Below are positions 47,596-57,687 of a DNA stretch of 64,000 bases, piece by piece. Source of the DNA: Nitrospinota bacterium (lineage in GTDB: Bacteria > JADFOP01); NCBI GenBank assembly GCA_022562795.1, contig JADFOP010000001.1, positions 20,691-84,690 of the forward strand. The letters run 5' to 3'. Both the position numbers and the translations under genes were made by a program. The notes under the pieces were generated by a model, which had not been told where the DNA came from, made no database searches, and was given only the letters and a program-made list of their open reading frames with translations. The stretch's first letter is position 1, and each line of letters starts with the position of its first letter.

Positions 47596-49326
47596 CTACT
47601 GGCTATATATTACGTAGGCCCTGCCTGAAATCTTCCTGGTCAGAAGACTCGGAGCTCGGGGGGCTCCGATCAGGAGGTCGCCTTTCCCGTCGCCATTGAT
47701 GTCGGCCACCCCAACGGCGGCGCCCGTTCGGTATCCGCTTCTGTGGCCGTAGAGGACGAAGTCCGTGTGGCGGGCGAGGCCAAAGGTGCCGGCGAGGCCC
47801 TTTGAGCCGTAGAACCCATAGACGCGACCGACCTGTTCGGTCGCCGTGACCTGAGCTGCCCCGAAGGGCGCACCGACGAGAACGTCATCGATGCCGTCGC
47901 CATTGATGTCCCCAGCGGCCACGGCGAATCCTGCATCTTCGCCGACCCCTATAAAATTGGTATCGCCGGAAAAATCCTCATCGTACTGGTTGCCGTAGAG
48001 GGTTATGTGCGCCTGGCTCAGCAGGTCAATGACGGCCGGGGCGCTCTTGCCGCCGAATACTACGTAGACCTCGCCCTCAGCCCCTCCGTCGGCGCCTTTG
48101 TTAAAGGCTGCTTGTCCGAGTTGATCGGACTCACTTCGGCCCAATACGTCTTTGAGGTCTTCTCGCCGTATGACGTTTAGGTGGCGGGCCGTAGGGGCGC
48201 CTAGAATCACATCGTCGATGCCGTCTCCGTTTATATCTCCCATGGCTACGCTGTAGCCTACGCCGTCATCCCGCTCGGAGCCTAAGAATCGGACGTTGGC
48301 GTCGCTTTTCAGGTCAATATCCCGAGGCATTTGAACTTGACCGTAGAGGAGATAAGCCGTACCGGCCTCTTTGCGGGGATACCCGTCCACCTCGGGGGTA
48401 GACATCGGGGCGCCGATAAGGAGGTCCGCGTGCCCGTCGCCGTTGAAGTCGCCCGTCGCCAACGCGGTGCCTGCTCGCTCGCCGGCATCGACGCCGAAGA
48501 TAATCGAGTCGGCGGATTCTTTGAGGTCGATTCGGGCCGGAAAGTTCTTTTGTCCGTTGACGATGTAAATGGCTCCCGCCTGTCTGCGGCTCCATTCCGG
48601 GCCAAAGGAGCTGATGGGCACACCGATAATTAGCTCATCCAGCCCATCGCCGGTGAGGTCCCCCATCGCCAGGGAGGCTCCCGCAAATTCGAGGGTGTCA
48701 GCGCCCGAGATGATGAAGTCGGCATCCCTCCCGATGTCCAGGTGGCCGACGAGCTTATTGCCGCCCAAAAATACATAGACCAGCCCTTCTTTATTTTTCC
48801 GGAACTTGACAAACCCATCGGCGTATGGAGCGCCAATGGCCAGATCATCCAATCCGTCGCCGTTGAGGTCCCCCATCGCCAAGGAATAGCCTCCACCCTG
48901 GCCTCTGCCGGTGATGATGAGGTCCGCCTGCGTCGCCAGGTCGCGCCTTCGCATAACGGCTTTGCTGCCGTAAATTACGTACACCCCGCCGGTGCCTTTG
49001 GCCACACCAGTATAGGCCGATGAATAAGACGCCCCGAGCGCGATGTCGGCCAACCCATCCCCGTTAAGGTCTCCTGAGACGATGCTCCGGGGGAAGATGC
49101 CGCCCAGGTAGTCGATCTGTTTATCGTCGAGCCCAAGCAGGGCATAGCCTCGGTTGACGGTGCCTAAATCTATGGCCCGCTCTTGGGCCATGCGCGTACG
49201 ACGGCTGTCCGGGGGCACTGGCTTCGGGTCCGGGATGGCCACTCTCGCAAGGTTCCGGCATGCGCCCACGGCGAATATAAGAAGTCCAATCGCCACAATC
49301 GTTCTTGTACGAAATACAGGTCTCAT
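47596..49326 (-). CDS. FG-GAP/integrin-alpha-like beta-propeller repeat protein (secreted)
   Basis: Seven units of GD(L/F/I)NGDG.(A/D)D...GAP; signal peptide. Confidence 0.75.
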   Translation of the reverse strand: MRPVFRTRTIVAIGLLIFAVGACRNLARVAIPDPKPVPPDSRRTRMAQERAIDLGTVNRGYALLGLDDKQIDYLGGIFPRSIVSGDLNGDGLADIALGASYSSAYTGVAKGTGGVYVIYGSKAVMRRRDLATQADLIITGRGQGGGYSLAMGDLNGDGLDDLAIGAPYADGFVKFRKNKEGLVYVFLGGNKLVGHLDIGRDADFIISGADTLEFAGASLAMGDLTGDGLDELIIGVPISSFGPEWSRRQAGAIYIVNGQKNFPARIDLKESADSIIFGVDAGERAGTALATGDFNGDGHADLLIGAPMSTPEVDGYPRKEAGTAYLLYGQVQMPRDIDLKSDANVRFLGSERDDGVGYSVAMGDINGDGIDDVILGAPTARHLNVIRREDLKDVLGRSESDQLGQAAFNKGADGGAEGEVYVVFGGKSAPAVIDLLSQAHITLYGNQYDEDFSGDTNFIGVGEDAGFAVAAGDINGDGIDDVLVGAPFGAAQVTATEQVGRVYGFYGSKGLAGTFGLARHTDFVLYGHRSGYRTGAAVGVADINGDGKGDLLIGAPRAPSLLTRKISGRAYVIYSQ

Positions 49327-49577
49327 CTCCGCTCCTCGTCCTTAAGCTCCAAGAGGCCTCGCCGTAAAGAAAGGCCCCGGGGCCCAAGAAGTAAGGACAA
49401 CATTCCTTAGGGCTTCAGTATCCCAATGCCTATAAATCCTTATGGCACTTGATGATAATCCTGTCGGGGAGCGGTGTCAACGGATTTCTCACCCCTCTCA
49501 GGCGCATTTCTCTTATTCTTCCTGTATGATATACACGATAAACGATCAATTTTTTCCCAGCCAGAGGGCCCCGAGCC

Positions 49578-50840
49578 GTGTTAAACCGCGAGGAATATGA
49601 ACGGCTAGAAGCCGACCGACTGGCGCCCTATGCGATGAAAAGCGCCGCCTCCCGGGGGCGCCGCTATGAAGAAGCGGAGCACCCCGTGCGCAGCGTCTAC
49701 CAGCGCGACCGGGATCGAATCATACATAGCGCGGCCTTCCGCCGCCTGGAGTACAAGACCCAGGTTTTCGTCAACCACGAGGGTGATTACTACCGGACCC
49801 GTCTTACCCACACCCTGGAGGTCGCCCAAATCACCCGCACCATAGCCCGCATCTTGAGGCTCAACGAAGACCTGGCCGAGACAATCGCCATCGCTCACGA
49901 CCTCGGCCACACCCCCTTCGGGCACTCGGGCGAGGTGGTCATGAACGAGCTCATGGCCGACCACGGCGGGTTCGAGCACAACCGCCAAAGCCTGCGCGTC
50001 ATCGAGGAATTGGAGACGCGATACCCTGACTTTCCGGGGCTCAACCTAACCTACGAGGTCCGAGAGGGTATCGCTAAGCACAGCTCTGAGTACGACGACA
50101 GCCAGCCTGGAGGATACGACCCCGACTGCCTCGCTACGCTGGAGGCGCGGATCGTCGACCTGGCCGATGAGATAGCCTACAACAACCACGACATCGACGA
50201 CGGGCTGACTTCACGTATGCTTGAGCCGGAGCCGCTCGAGGCCGTCACCCTCTGGAGGGAGCATTTCGCGCGCATCCGCCAGCGTTACCCTGGACATCCG
50301 TTCGGCCTCTGGAAGCACCAGACGGTCCGCCATATCATTAACGAGCAGGTGACCGACCTGGTAGAGACCCTTCACCAGCGCCTGGCCGACGAACAGATCG
50401 GCTCCGTGGAGCAGGCCCGCGACCCCCGCCATGCCGACCTCGTCTCCTTCAGCCCGGAGATGTCCAAGAAGAACCGAGAGCTGAAGGACTTCCTCATGGC
50501 CCATCTCTACCAGCACTCCCGGGTGATCCGGATGGAGGCCAAGGCCCGAAGAATTCTCACCGACCTCTTTACCGCATACACCGAAAACCCCCGCCAATTG
50601 CCTCCCCCGTCCTACGCCGTCATTGAAGATGCCTGGGAAGAAAACCAGCGTGTGTCGGCCGAGCACGCCGCCCAAGGCCTTACCGGAGAGGTTCTCGCAA
50701 GGGCGTTACAAGCCGTCCAGACTTACTGGGCTAACGAGGGAAGAATAAAGCGGGCCATCTGCGACTACATCGCCGGCATGACGGACCGCTTCGCCTTGGA
50801 CGAGCACAAAAAGCTCTTCGACCCTCACGAGCGGGTTTAA
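49578..50840 (+). CDS. dgt: dGTPase-family HD-domain triphosphohydrolase (Dgt-like)
   Basis: RDRDRIIHSAAFRRLEYKTQVF, HTLEVAQI, HDLGHTPFGH motifs. Confidence 0.85.
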   Translation: MLNREEYERLEADRLAPYAMKSAASRGRRYEEAEHPVRSVYQRDRDRIIHSAAFRRLEYKTQVFVNHEGDYYRTRLTHTLEVAQITRTIARILRLNEDLAETIAIAHDLGHTPFGHSGEVVMNELMADHGGFEHNRQSLRVIEELETRYPDFPGLNLTYEVREGIAKHSSEYDDSQPGGYDPDCLATLEARIVDLADEIAYNNHDIDDGLTSRMLEPEPLEAVTLWREHFARIRQRYPGHPFGLWKHQTVRHIINEQVTDLVETLHQRLADEQIGSVEQARDPRHADLVSFSPEMSKKNRELKDFLMAHLYQHSRVIRMEAKARRILTDLFTAYTENPRQLPPPSYAVIEDAWEENQRVSAEHAAQGLTGEVLARALQAVQTYWANEGRIKRAICDYIAGMTDRFALDEHKKLFDPHERV

Positions 50841-50845
50841 GCCTC

Positions 50846-51290
50846 TTAGGGCTCCAGGGCCGTCTCGTCCTGCCCCGACCGTCGTTTGCGGAACGCCAGC
50901 CAGTCGCCGTCATCCACCTCCTGGCCCTCTCGCAAAGACTCCTCCCGCAGGGCAGGGCCTACGATGTAACACCACGCCTCTTTCGACGCTCCCCCTTCCG
51001 GCTCCACCTGCTTGGCGACCCGGATAAACAGGCTGGATTCCTCATCGTCCGGTTGATAGCCTTCAATCCGGTCGCACACGTCCAGGACCTTCTCCATAGG
51101 CTCGTTGAATCGCAAGAGTTCCCCTTGGACCCAGCCCTCCTCGGTCTCCATTAAGGCCGGGTATCCTTACGGGAGATGGAAGAGGCGGCCGCGGGTTCTG
51201 GCGGCCTCCCTGCCGGCTACCATTTGGGCAATCAAACGAAAGCGCTCCTGTCCAGGAAGGAGGGTTCCGTAGACGAAGATTTCTTTCGGC
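50846..51290 (-). pseudogene. GGCT/AIG2-like gamma-glutamylcyclotransferase gene split by a frameshift
   Basis: N-terminal EIFVYGTLLPGQ (ORF 51167-51403) and C-terminal GGCT-like part (50846-51151) lie in different frames. Confidence 0.35.
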
Positions 51291-51300
51291 CCTTGGCCCG

Positions 51301-52557
51301 TCACGACTCGCCTCGGGGTGTCTCGACTATCTGCAGTGCAGAGGCGGCGAAGATGGCCACCCGGGCCGAGGCAGGATGGCGCTCTTCCAGAAAGGACCGG
51401 CACGCCGGCCAGTCGGCGAACAGGGCCGTGGATGGAGGAAAGATGAGGTTCAGCTCCCGCCTGGTGATGGTTGGGCAGACGACCGCGACGGCCCGTCCCT
51501 CGAAGAGACGGGCAAATCCCGCCCGTTCCGCCAGCGGAAGGTAGAGCGGCCCGCCGGGGCCGAGCAGCCCGTGGGTCCCAAACCCCTCGCTAGCCGCCGT
51601 CAGGACGACGACCGTGCCGCCTGGCGCCACAAGGGGCTTGTCTCGGTCTGCCCAGACGTTGAAGGCGTTCGCCACCTGTAGGAACTCGGTGTCTTTGGGA
51701 TATGCGTTCAAGCAAGCGATATCGACGGGGCCGGGTGGCGCCGGGACGGTGAATAACCTCCTAGCCTCGGCGCAGGCTGCCCGGTGTGATTCCACGAGGT
51801 GGCCGGCGACAACGGCGGCCACAACTCCTACTGCGGGGCAGACTACGTTGATGCTGAAGTCCACGCCCACCCTGGCCGCCGCCTCCTCCACATCCGCCCG
51901 CAGGACGTTACCCTCAATCTGTCCCACCGGGCCGGCCGCCTCTTTAACGGCCGGTCCGTGATTGCACTCCAAGGCTTCGAGGCTGCCCAGGCCCGGCAGC
52001 ACGATTTTCGCCCCCCCGCCGAATCCGGCCGTCGGGTGGGGCAAGACCGCTCCCAGGGTTATCTTAAGGCCCGCCTCTGCAAACCACCGGTTGATCGTGA
52101 TGGGTGTTCCGCGCCTGGTGGCGCCGTATTCCACAAGGCCGTCGTAGGGGGAGTGGTTGAAGACGGCCACCCTGCCCACCACCTCGGGCCCCAGTTTTTT
52201 CAGCAGATCGCTTCGCTGGAGGGAACGGTGAGCCCCGGTGGCGACCACCACCGCGATGTCCTCGGGGCTGAAGCCCGCCTCCTCGACGGTATCCAGAACC
52301 CAGGGTAGAAAGCGACCCGCCGGCGTCGGCCTGGTTAGATCGTCCACGGCCACCGCTACGCCGGACTGAGTCCTGGCGGCGAGCTCCGCAAGGGTCGGGG
52401 AGCCCACGGGGCTCTCAAGAGCTTTACGGATCTCCTCGGCGCCGAGGTCCGGGCCCGCCGAGAAGGGCGGGACGAAAAGCTCGAAGCGGTCAGGAAATGA
52501 AAGGCGGCGGGGTTTGGTCTCATACCACGCGCCCCAGGGAATTTCGATTGTGCCCAC
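51301..52557 (-). CDS. LarA-family (DUF2088) protein, second paralog
   Basis: VAVAVDDLTRPTP, VVVATGAHR, ITLGAVLPHPTAGFGGGAKIVLPGLGSLEALECNH. Confidence 0.6.
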   Translation of the reverse strand: MGTIEIPWGAWYETKPRRLSFPDRFELFVPPFSAGPDLGAEEIRKALESPVGSPTLAELAARTQSGVAVAVDDLTRPTPAGRFLPWVLDTVEEAGFSPEDIAVVVATGAHRSLQRSDLLKKLGPEVVGRVAVFNHSPYDGLVEYGATRRGTPITINRWFAEAGLKITLGAVLPHPTAGFGGGAKIVLPGLGSLEALECNHGPAVKEAAGPVGQIEGNVLRADVEEAAARVGVDFSINVVCPAVGVVAAVVAGHLVESHRAACAEARRLFTVPAPPGPVDIACLNAYPKDTEFLQVANAFNVWADRDKPLVAPGGTVVVLTAASEGFGTHGLLGPGGPLYLPLAERAGFARLFEGRAVAVVCPTITRRELNLIFPPSTALFADWPACRSFLEERHPASARVAIFAASALQIVETPRGES

Positions 52558-52597
52558 GAGGAGGCTCCTAGGGTTGGAGAGGGAGGGCCTGGCCGCT

Positions 52598-53059
52598 TCA
52601 GTCGAAGAGGCGGGCCCTCAGCAAGGCAAGATTTTCTACGTCCTCGCGGTTGTACTGCAGGAGCATCGCCAGTGCCTCTTCCTCGCCCCTCTCCATGTAG
52701 GCAGCCCACAGGCGCATGGCGTCCAGTCCGTTGAGGTCGGGAAGGGAGCGGCGAATCCCGAGCTTGCGTTCCACCGCTTTGAGGCCTCCGTATAGGTCAC
52801 GACGCCAGCATTCGTACATGAGGTCGCGGCACGGCACCAGTCGCCGCAGATTGAGCCCAAGGCGTCGATGAATGAAGGGCAGGTCGAAACGGTGGCCATT
52901 GTAGGTGTAGAGAGCCTGGGCGCCTGAGAGCGACTCCAGCAGCTCCGCGGGATTTATGGCAGGGTTTACCCATTGGGCCAGACCGCCGGACGGCCGTAAC
53001 AGGCCGATGACTGTTATCACCCCCTCGTAGGAGGTCTCAATGTCCAGGTAGGCTGGCAT
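52598..53059 (-). CDS. RNase H-like 3'-5' exonuclease domain protein (YprB/PF13482-like)
   Basis: YLDIETS, YNGHRFDLPFI, QYNREDVENL DEDDy-type motifs. Confidence 0.6.
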   Translation of the reverse strand: MPAYLDIETSYEGVITVIGLLRPSGGLAQWVNPAINPAELLESLSGAQALYTYNGHRFDLPFIHRRLGLNLRRLVPCRDLMYECWRRDLYGGLKAVERKLGIRRSLPDLNGLDAMRLWAAYMERGEEEALAMLLQYNREDVENLALLRARLFD

Positions 53060-53063
53060 GGGC

Positions 53064-53672
53064 CTACTTTTTCTTTTTCGGCTTCTTCGGCGGTTCTATT
53101 TGACGAACTTGTTCGTTGGCCTCGATGAGCCGCTCCATGGTTTCATGAGAAGCGGCTCTTAAACCGTCGCGGATGGCCAAAAGCACCAGACGGCCAGCCA
53201 CCGTCTGCACCCCAGGGATATTAGGCAACGATGAGAGCTCATTCTCGTCCATGGCAGCTGATTGCTCGACAATGGCCTTCGTCTCGTAGAGTTCGGAGTC
53301 CTCGTAGCGATACTTGAGCTTAACGTAGTCGCGCTCCTTCACCTCATCGTCGCCCACCTCACGAACGATGTTTTCCTTGTCGATGGCGAACGGCTTCTTC
53401 CCCCGCCGCCCCATGAGCTTTTTGACTTCCTTGAAGTAAGCGTCGAGCGTCATCGCACCCGACAGCTCATCTTGAGGAATCTTGGAGCTAATCTCGAATT
53501 CGATCTCGCCTTGCCCGACACTGGGAGGACCGATTTCGTACGTTATGCCCTTGTAGTTGAAACGGTCGCCCTTTTTAACTTGAAACTTGCTTCGAAACGT
53601 AGCGATCGTCTCGTTGACCCCCATCAGGGCGTACTCTTTAAAGACCTGGTCTCGTAGCGTTGCCATCGTCAC
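53064..53672 (-). CDS. hypothetical protein with poly-Lys C-terminal tail (lower GC)
   Basis: 202-aa ORF ending PPKKPKKKK; no catalytic motif recognised. Confidence 0.45.
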   Translation of the reverse strand: MTMATLRDQVFKEYALMGVNETIATFRSKFQVKKGDRFNYKGITYEIGPPSVGQGEIEFEISSKIPQDELSGAMTLDAYFKEVKKLMGRRGKKPFAIDKENIVREVGDDEVKERDYVKLKYRYEDSELYETKAIVEQSAAMDENELSSLPNIPGVQTVAGRLVLLAIRDGLRAASHETMERLIEANEQVRQIEPPKKPKKKK

Positions 53673-54208
53673 CCTTTCTTGTGAGAAGGTGGTTCGTCCA
53701 CCGGGAGAGAGATGTCAGTGTGTTGGGGTTCCATAAGGCGCTAAAATTGTATAGAAGGAGGTCGGTGATGTCAAACTACCCGGCAGGGCAGGGCTAAATG
53801 ACTACGAGCGCTTTTCACGCCGAACAGGCGAAGCCCGCCTCCTCCGCTTCGCTGCTCCAATAGCCCCACTCGTCAGGCCCGAAGGCTTTCAACCATGTTT
53901 ATATAGTCAGGCTTATCTTTGCCTCCCAGGTGGATATTTCCATCCCCTGTCCCCCGGTACACAATGCTCTCAGAGACTCAAGAATGTGACGATTTAAAAA
54001 CAAATATTCAAAAAGGGTTGACTTTACCCCTGAAATCATGTAAGATAGGGTTATATTGAGGTTAAGAAAATGTAAACACGGACAGACGACGGGGGTCGGG
54101 CAGTTGAGGGAACTATGGAAGCCCTATCCTCGTCAAAGGGTGCGTAATCTGCCAGCAAAGGCGTAATTTGTTATAACCTCGCGGACATCGAATAGGGAGT
54201 GACGATCT

Positions 54209-54793
54209 ATGACTCGGTCTGTGAAAGAAGAGATTCTGGCTCTTAATATCGGCTCAAAAATTAAACACCTGCGGAAGGACCGGCAGTTCACGCTACAAGA
54301 CCTCTCGGGTAAGACGGGGTTGTCCAAACCGCTGCTTTCCCAAGTAGAGAATAGCCTGGTCATTCCTCCATTGCCTACCCTTCTTAAGATTTCCACCGCT
54401 CTCAGGGTTCCGATGACGCACTTCATCAAAGATGATGAAGAGAGGATTATTGTGACCCGTGGTAACGATGTGAACTCGGCCCCCAAGCGGCTCGTCGAGG
54501 GGCGCGACCCCACCAACTGCATCTACTCAAGCCTGGTCAAAGGCAAGGCAAACAAAAAGATGGAGCCGCTATATGTGGAATTTTCTCAAGTGGCTAAAGC
54601 TAAAGTGGCCCCCCTTTCCCACCACGGGGACGAGTTCGTCCATGTGCTTGAAGGCAAGCTCGAAGTGACCTACGAGGGCGAGGTGGTGGTGCTGGACGCA
54701 GGCGACAGTCTCTACCTGGACGCGCGCATTCCGCACTCCTACCGGTCTTTGACCAAGAAGCGGACCCGGGCCATAATGGTCGTTACCGAATAA
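54209..54793 (+). CDS. XRE-family HTH transcriptional regulator with C-terminal cupin domain
   Basis: HTH QDLSGKTGLSKPLLSQVENS; cupin motif HHGDEFVHVLEGKL...GDSLYLDARIPH. Confidence 0.8.
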   Translation: MTRSVKEEILALNIGSKIKHLRKDRQFTLQDLSGKTGLSKPLLSQVENSLVIPPLPTLLKISTALRVPMTHFIKDDEERIIVTRGNDVNSAPKRLVEGRDPTNCIYSSLVKGKANKKMEPLYVEFSQVAKAKVAPLSHHGDEFVHVLEGKLEVTYEGEVVVLDAGDSLYLDARIPHSYRSLTKKRTRAIMVVTE

Positions 54794-54867
54794 CCACGGC
54801 GCTCTGGGGTTGCCTCATGGGGGGCGGAAGGGATCCCGCCTAACTCCAATTTTCGAGCAAGTAAGCA

Positions 54868-54934
54868 CATTTTCCGCGATTTTCCATCGGTGGGCCATCA
54901 ATCGCATTTTCCGCGATTTTCCGCGATTTTCCGA
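54868..54934. repeat. tandem/dispersed copies of (C)ATTTTCCGCGATTTTCC downstream of the XRE-cupin regulator
   Basis: cattttccgcgattttcc at 54868-54885 and 54905-54922, plus a third gcgattttcc at 54923-54932. Confidence 0.6.
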
Positions 54935-54966
54935 ATAACTGATTTCCTTTTACGCCGATCGGCGCG

Positions 54967-56136
54967 CTAGGGCAGCGTCGGGTCGGCGAGAAGGCGGGCC
55001 AGGGTCGCCGCCAGCAGGGCCGAACGCTCGGCGAGCGAGGCAACCCCGCAGTACTCATCGGGCGTGTGATCTTTCCCGCCCATCGGGCCGAGGCCGTCGA
55101 GCACCGCTAATCCCAGCTCGGCGAGATTGTTGGCGTCCGAGACGCCCCAGCGGTGCTCTGCCCCGACAGGTCGCCCCAGGGCCCGGCCCGCTTTCTGGAC
55201 GACATCGAGCAGACGCTCGGTCGGCGGACCGGCAGACTCCCAGGCGGGTCGGCCTCCTGTGGCGCGCAGGGTCGAGCGACACCCCTCGACGTGGGGGAGC
55301 GCCACAAGGGCCTCTATCTCGGACCGGAGAGCGGCGCCGTCCTCTTCGTCCAAGTATCGAACGTCGACCCAGGCCTCGGCCAGGGCGGCCAGCGTGTTTG
55401 CGCCGATGCCGCCTTTGAGTAGGCCGACGTTCACCGAGCGGCCTCGGTCGAGTTCGGTCAGTGCTTCCAGGGCGACGATCTGGTTGGCCAGCTCGCCGAT
55501 GGCGTTGGCCCGAAAGGGGTCGCGGGAGCCGGCGTGTCGGGCACGGCCCTCCACCTGAAGGTGAAGGGTGAACTGGCCTCGCCGGGCGGCGACCACCTCG
55601 CCTCCTTTCCCGCCACACTCCAGGACAAGCGCACAGCGGGCCTGACGGCCGAGGGCGTCCCGAAGGGGCCCCGAGTCGGGCGAGCCGACCTCCTCATCGC
55701 TGTTGAGGAAAACGACGACGGCGCCGTCTGCCCAGGATGCCGTCGCCTCCAAGGCCCGTAAAGCCGTGACCATGCAGGCAAGCCCGCCTTTCATGTCGAC
55801 GACGCCTTGTCCCAGACACCGGTCGCCCTCAATCCGGAAAGGGGGCATATTCTCCTGCTGCGGGTAGACCGTATCGGTGTGGCCGACGAGCAGGACCGCG
55901 GGGACCCCTTCGGGCCCCCTCCGGGCGACCAGGTTATCGCCGAAGCCCTCCCGCCCGTGGCGCTCCACGACGAAGCCTACGGCCTCGAGCTCGCCAGACA
56001 TGAGTGTAGCGACCTCGTCGACCCCCGCCTTGTTGGAGGTTCCGCTCTGGATGTTGACCAGACGCTCGAGCAGGGCAAGGGTCTCCCCTGCCTGGTCTAG
56101 GCTGAAGGCTTCGATCTGACGGTCTAGAGCCGTCAT
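54967..56136 (-). CDS. M20-family metallopeptidase (ArgE/DapE/carboxypeptidase G2-like)
   Basis: LLVGHTDTVYP, GQGVVDMKGG, SDEEVGS metal-ligand motifs. Confidence 0.8.
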   Translation of the reverse strand: MTALDRQIEAFSLDQAGETLALLERLVNIQSGTSNKAGVDEVATLMSGELEAVGFVVERHGREGFGDNLVARRGPEGVPAVLLVGHTDTVYPQQENMPPFRIEGDRCLGQGVVDMKGGLACMVTALRALEATASWADGAVVVFLNSDEEVGSPDSGPLRDALGRQARCALVLECGGKGGEVVAARRGQFTLHLQVEGRARHAGSRDPFRANAIGELANQIVALEALTELDRGRSVNVGLLKGGIGANTLAALAEAWVDVRYLDEEDGAALRSEIEALVALPHVEGCRSTLRATGGRPAWESAGPPTERLLDVVQKAGRALGRPVGAEHRWGVSDANNLAELGLAVLDGLGPMGGKDHTPDEYCGVASLAERSALLAATLARLLADPTLP

Positions 56137-57074
56137 CGCTTGTAGAGCCGGCGGCCGAGAAGGGTGTGCCAGGAGGTGAAAGGCCCCTCGGTGGTGTCCT
56201 CCGCGAGGTGGCGCTGCATGATGTTTAGCTTGGCATCGAGGTTGTCGACGAAATGGAGAACGAGCGCCTCGAGCGTCATAGGGACTTTCGGGGCGCCGAA
56301 CTCCGGCTCGCCCTGGTGGCTGACGATGAGGTGCTCCAGCTTCAGGAGCAGCTCCTCTGGAAAGCCGTCGATCGTCCGGGCGACATCGCGGACCATGTCG
56401 CGGCCGAGCAGGATGTGGCCGATGAGGTGCCCCGCCTCGGTGTAGCTGAAGGTCGGTAGGATGGTCAGCTCCTTAAGCTTCCCGATGTCGTGGCAGACGG
56501 CCCCCGCCACAAGTAGGCCGCTGTCGAGGCCGGGGTATTTACCGGCGAAGTAGAGGCAGCTCTTGACGACCGAGAGGGTGTGCTCGAGAAAACCACCCAG
56601 GACGGAGTGGTGAATCTTCATCGCCCCGGGGAAGGTCTTAATAGCCTCTCCGTGCTCCTCGCACAGACGCTCAAGCAGGGTGCGGAGCTCTGGGTGGTCC
56701 ACCTCGGCAATGTGGTCCAAGAGCTCGCGCCACATCGCCTCCACGTCGTGCTCCGTCTCGGGAAAAAACCGGGACGGCTCCAGGCCTTCGGCCTGATCGC
56801 GCTCCTCGATGGGGCGGAGCCTATGGATGGTGAGCTGGAGCTCCTCGTTGTAGGTGCCCACCATCCCCTCGACCTTGATGATCTCCCCCGCCGAAAAGGC
56901 TCCTTTAAAAGCCTCCACCTCGTCCCAACAGACGGCGTTGAGCATGCCGGTTCGGTCCTGGAGGACCAGGCTGAGGAACTCCTCCCCCGATTTCTTGAGC
57001 CGGACCTGTTTGTCTCGGACGAGGAAAAATTCGACGACCTTTTGGCCGTCAGCCAAATCCGCAATCCACGGCAT
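56133..57074 (-). CDS. YhaM-like 3'-5' exonuclease (OB-fold + HD domain)
   Basis: N-terminal OB fold (FLVRDKQVRLKKSGEEFLSLVLQDRTG) and HD motif HHSVLGGFLEHTL...HDIGK. Confidence 0.7.
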   Translation of the reverse strand: MPWIADLADGQKVVEFFLVRDKQVRLKKSGEEFLSLVLQDRTGMLNAVCWDEVEAFKGAFSAGEIIKVEGMVGTYNEELQLTIHRLRPIEERDQAEGLEPSRFFPETEHDVEAMWRELLDHIAEVDHPELRTLLERLCEEHGEAIKTFPGAMKIHHSVLGGFLEHTLSVVKSCLYFAGKYPGLDSGLLVAGAVCHDIGKLKELTILPTFSYTEAGHLIGHILLGRDMVRDVARTIDGFPEELLLKLEHLIVSHQGEPEFGAPKVPMTLEALVLHFVDNLDAKLNIMQRHLAEDTTEGPFTSWHTLLGRRLYKR

Positions 57075-57178
57075 GTGACCCCTCCTTGTGAACCTTGAAC
57101 GGTTTCACAACCCCTGGTTTCATAGGAGCTCGTCGGTCTCCGGCGAGGTCGGCCATCGAGCCCATCCCTTACGGGAGC

Positions 57179-57604
57179 CTAGCGGATAAAGAAGGTGCCC
57201 GAGGATTCAGCCACCACCGTCCCGTCATCCAGCCGGGCGGTGGCCTCGGCCGTGGCGAATCGGCCGCCAAATCGCTCAACGATCCGAGCTTCGATGTGGA
57301 GAGGCTTTCCCGTGGGGCACGGCTGCTTGAATCGCACCTCCATCCTAACGGTGTAGGCGGTCTCGCCTCGCTGGTAAAAACAGTTCGCCATGAGGTCATC
57401 GAGGATGGCCCCGATTAGGCCGCCGTGGGTGATGCCGTCATAGCCTTGGTGGTAGGGTTGGGGAGTAAAAGTGGAGCGGATGACATCGCCATCCACCGTT
57501 AGGGGGATGCGCAGGCCATCGGAATTATCGGGGCCGCAGACCCAGCAGCGGGCGGCTTCATGCTGGTCGCGATTGGGAGGCCGTCCGGTCATGGGACCCT
57601 CCAT
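57179..57604 (-). CDS. PaaI-family hot-dog thioesterase
   Basis: HGGLIGAILDDLM motif. Confidence 0.7.
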   Translation of the reverse strand: MEGPMTGRPPNRDQHEAARCWVCGPDNSDGLRIPLTVDGDVIRSTFTPQPYHQGYDGITHGGLIGAILDDLMANCFYQRGETAYTVRMEVRFKQPCPTGKPLHIEARIVERFGGRFATAEATARLDDGTVVAESSGTFFIR

Positions 57605-57687
57605 CTCAGTTGGAGGCTTAACTTCCCAGGCCGCCGGTGTTATACGATTAAGGCGTCCTCTTAGCCCGCCGCTCGGGGTTCGCCGGC

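Noticed and set aside
49578-50840. dGTPase as a stand-alone antiphage dNTP-depletion system
   Set aside because: Sequence is a typical Dgt-like HD hydrolase in native GC with no defence-island neighbours; treated as housekeeping.
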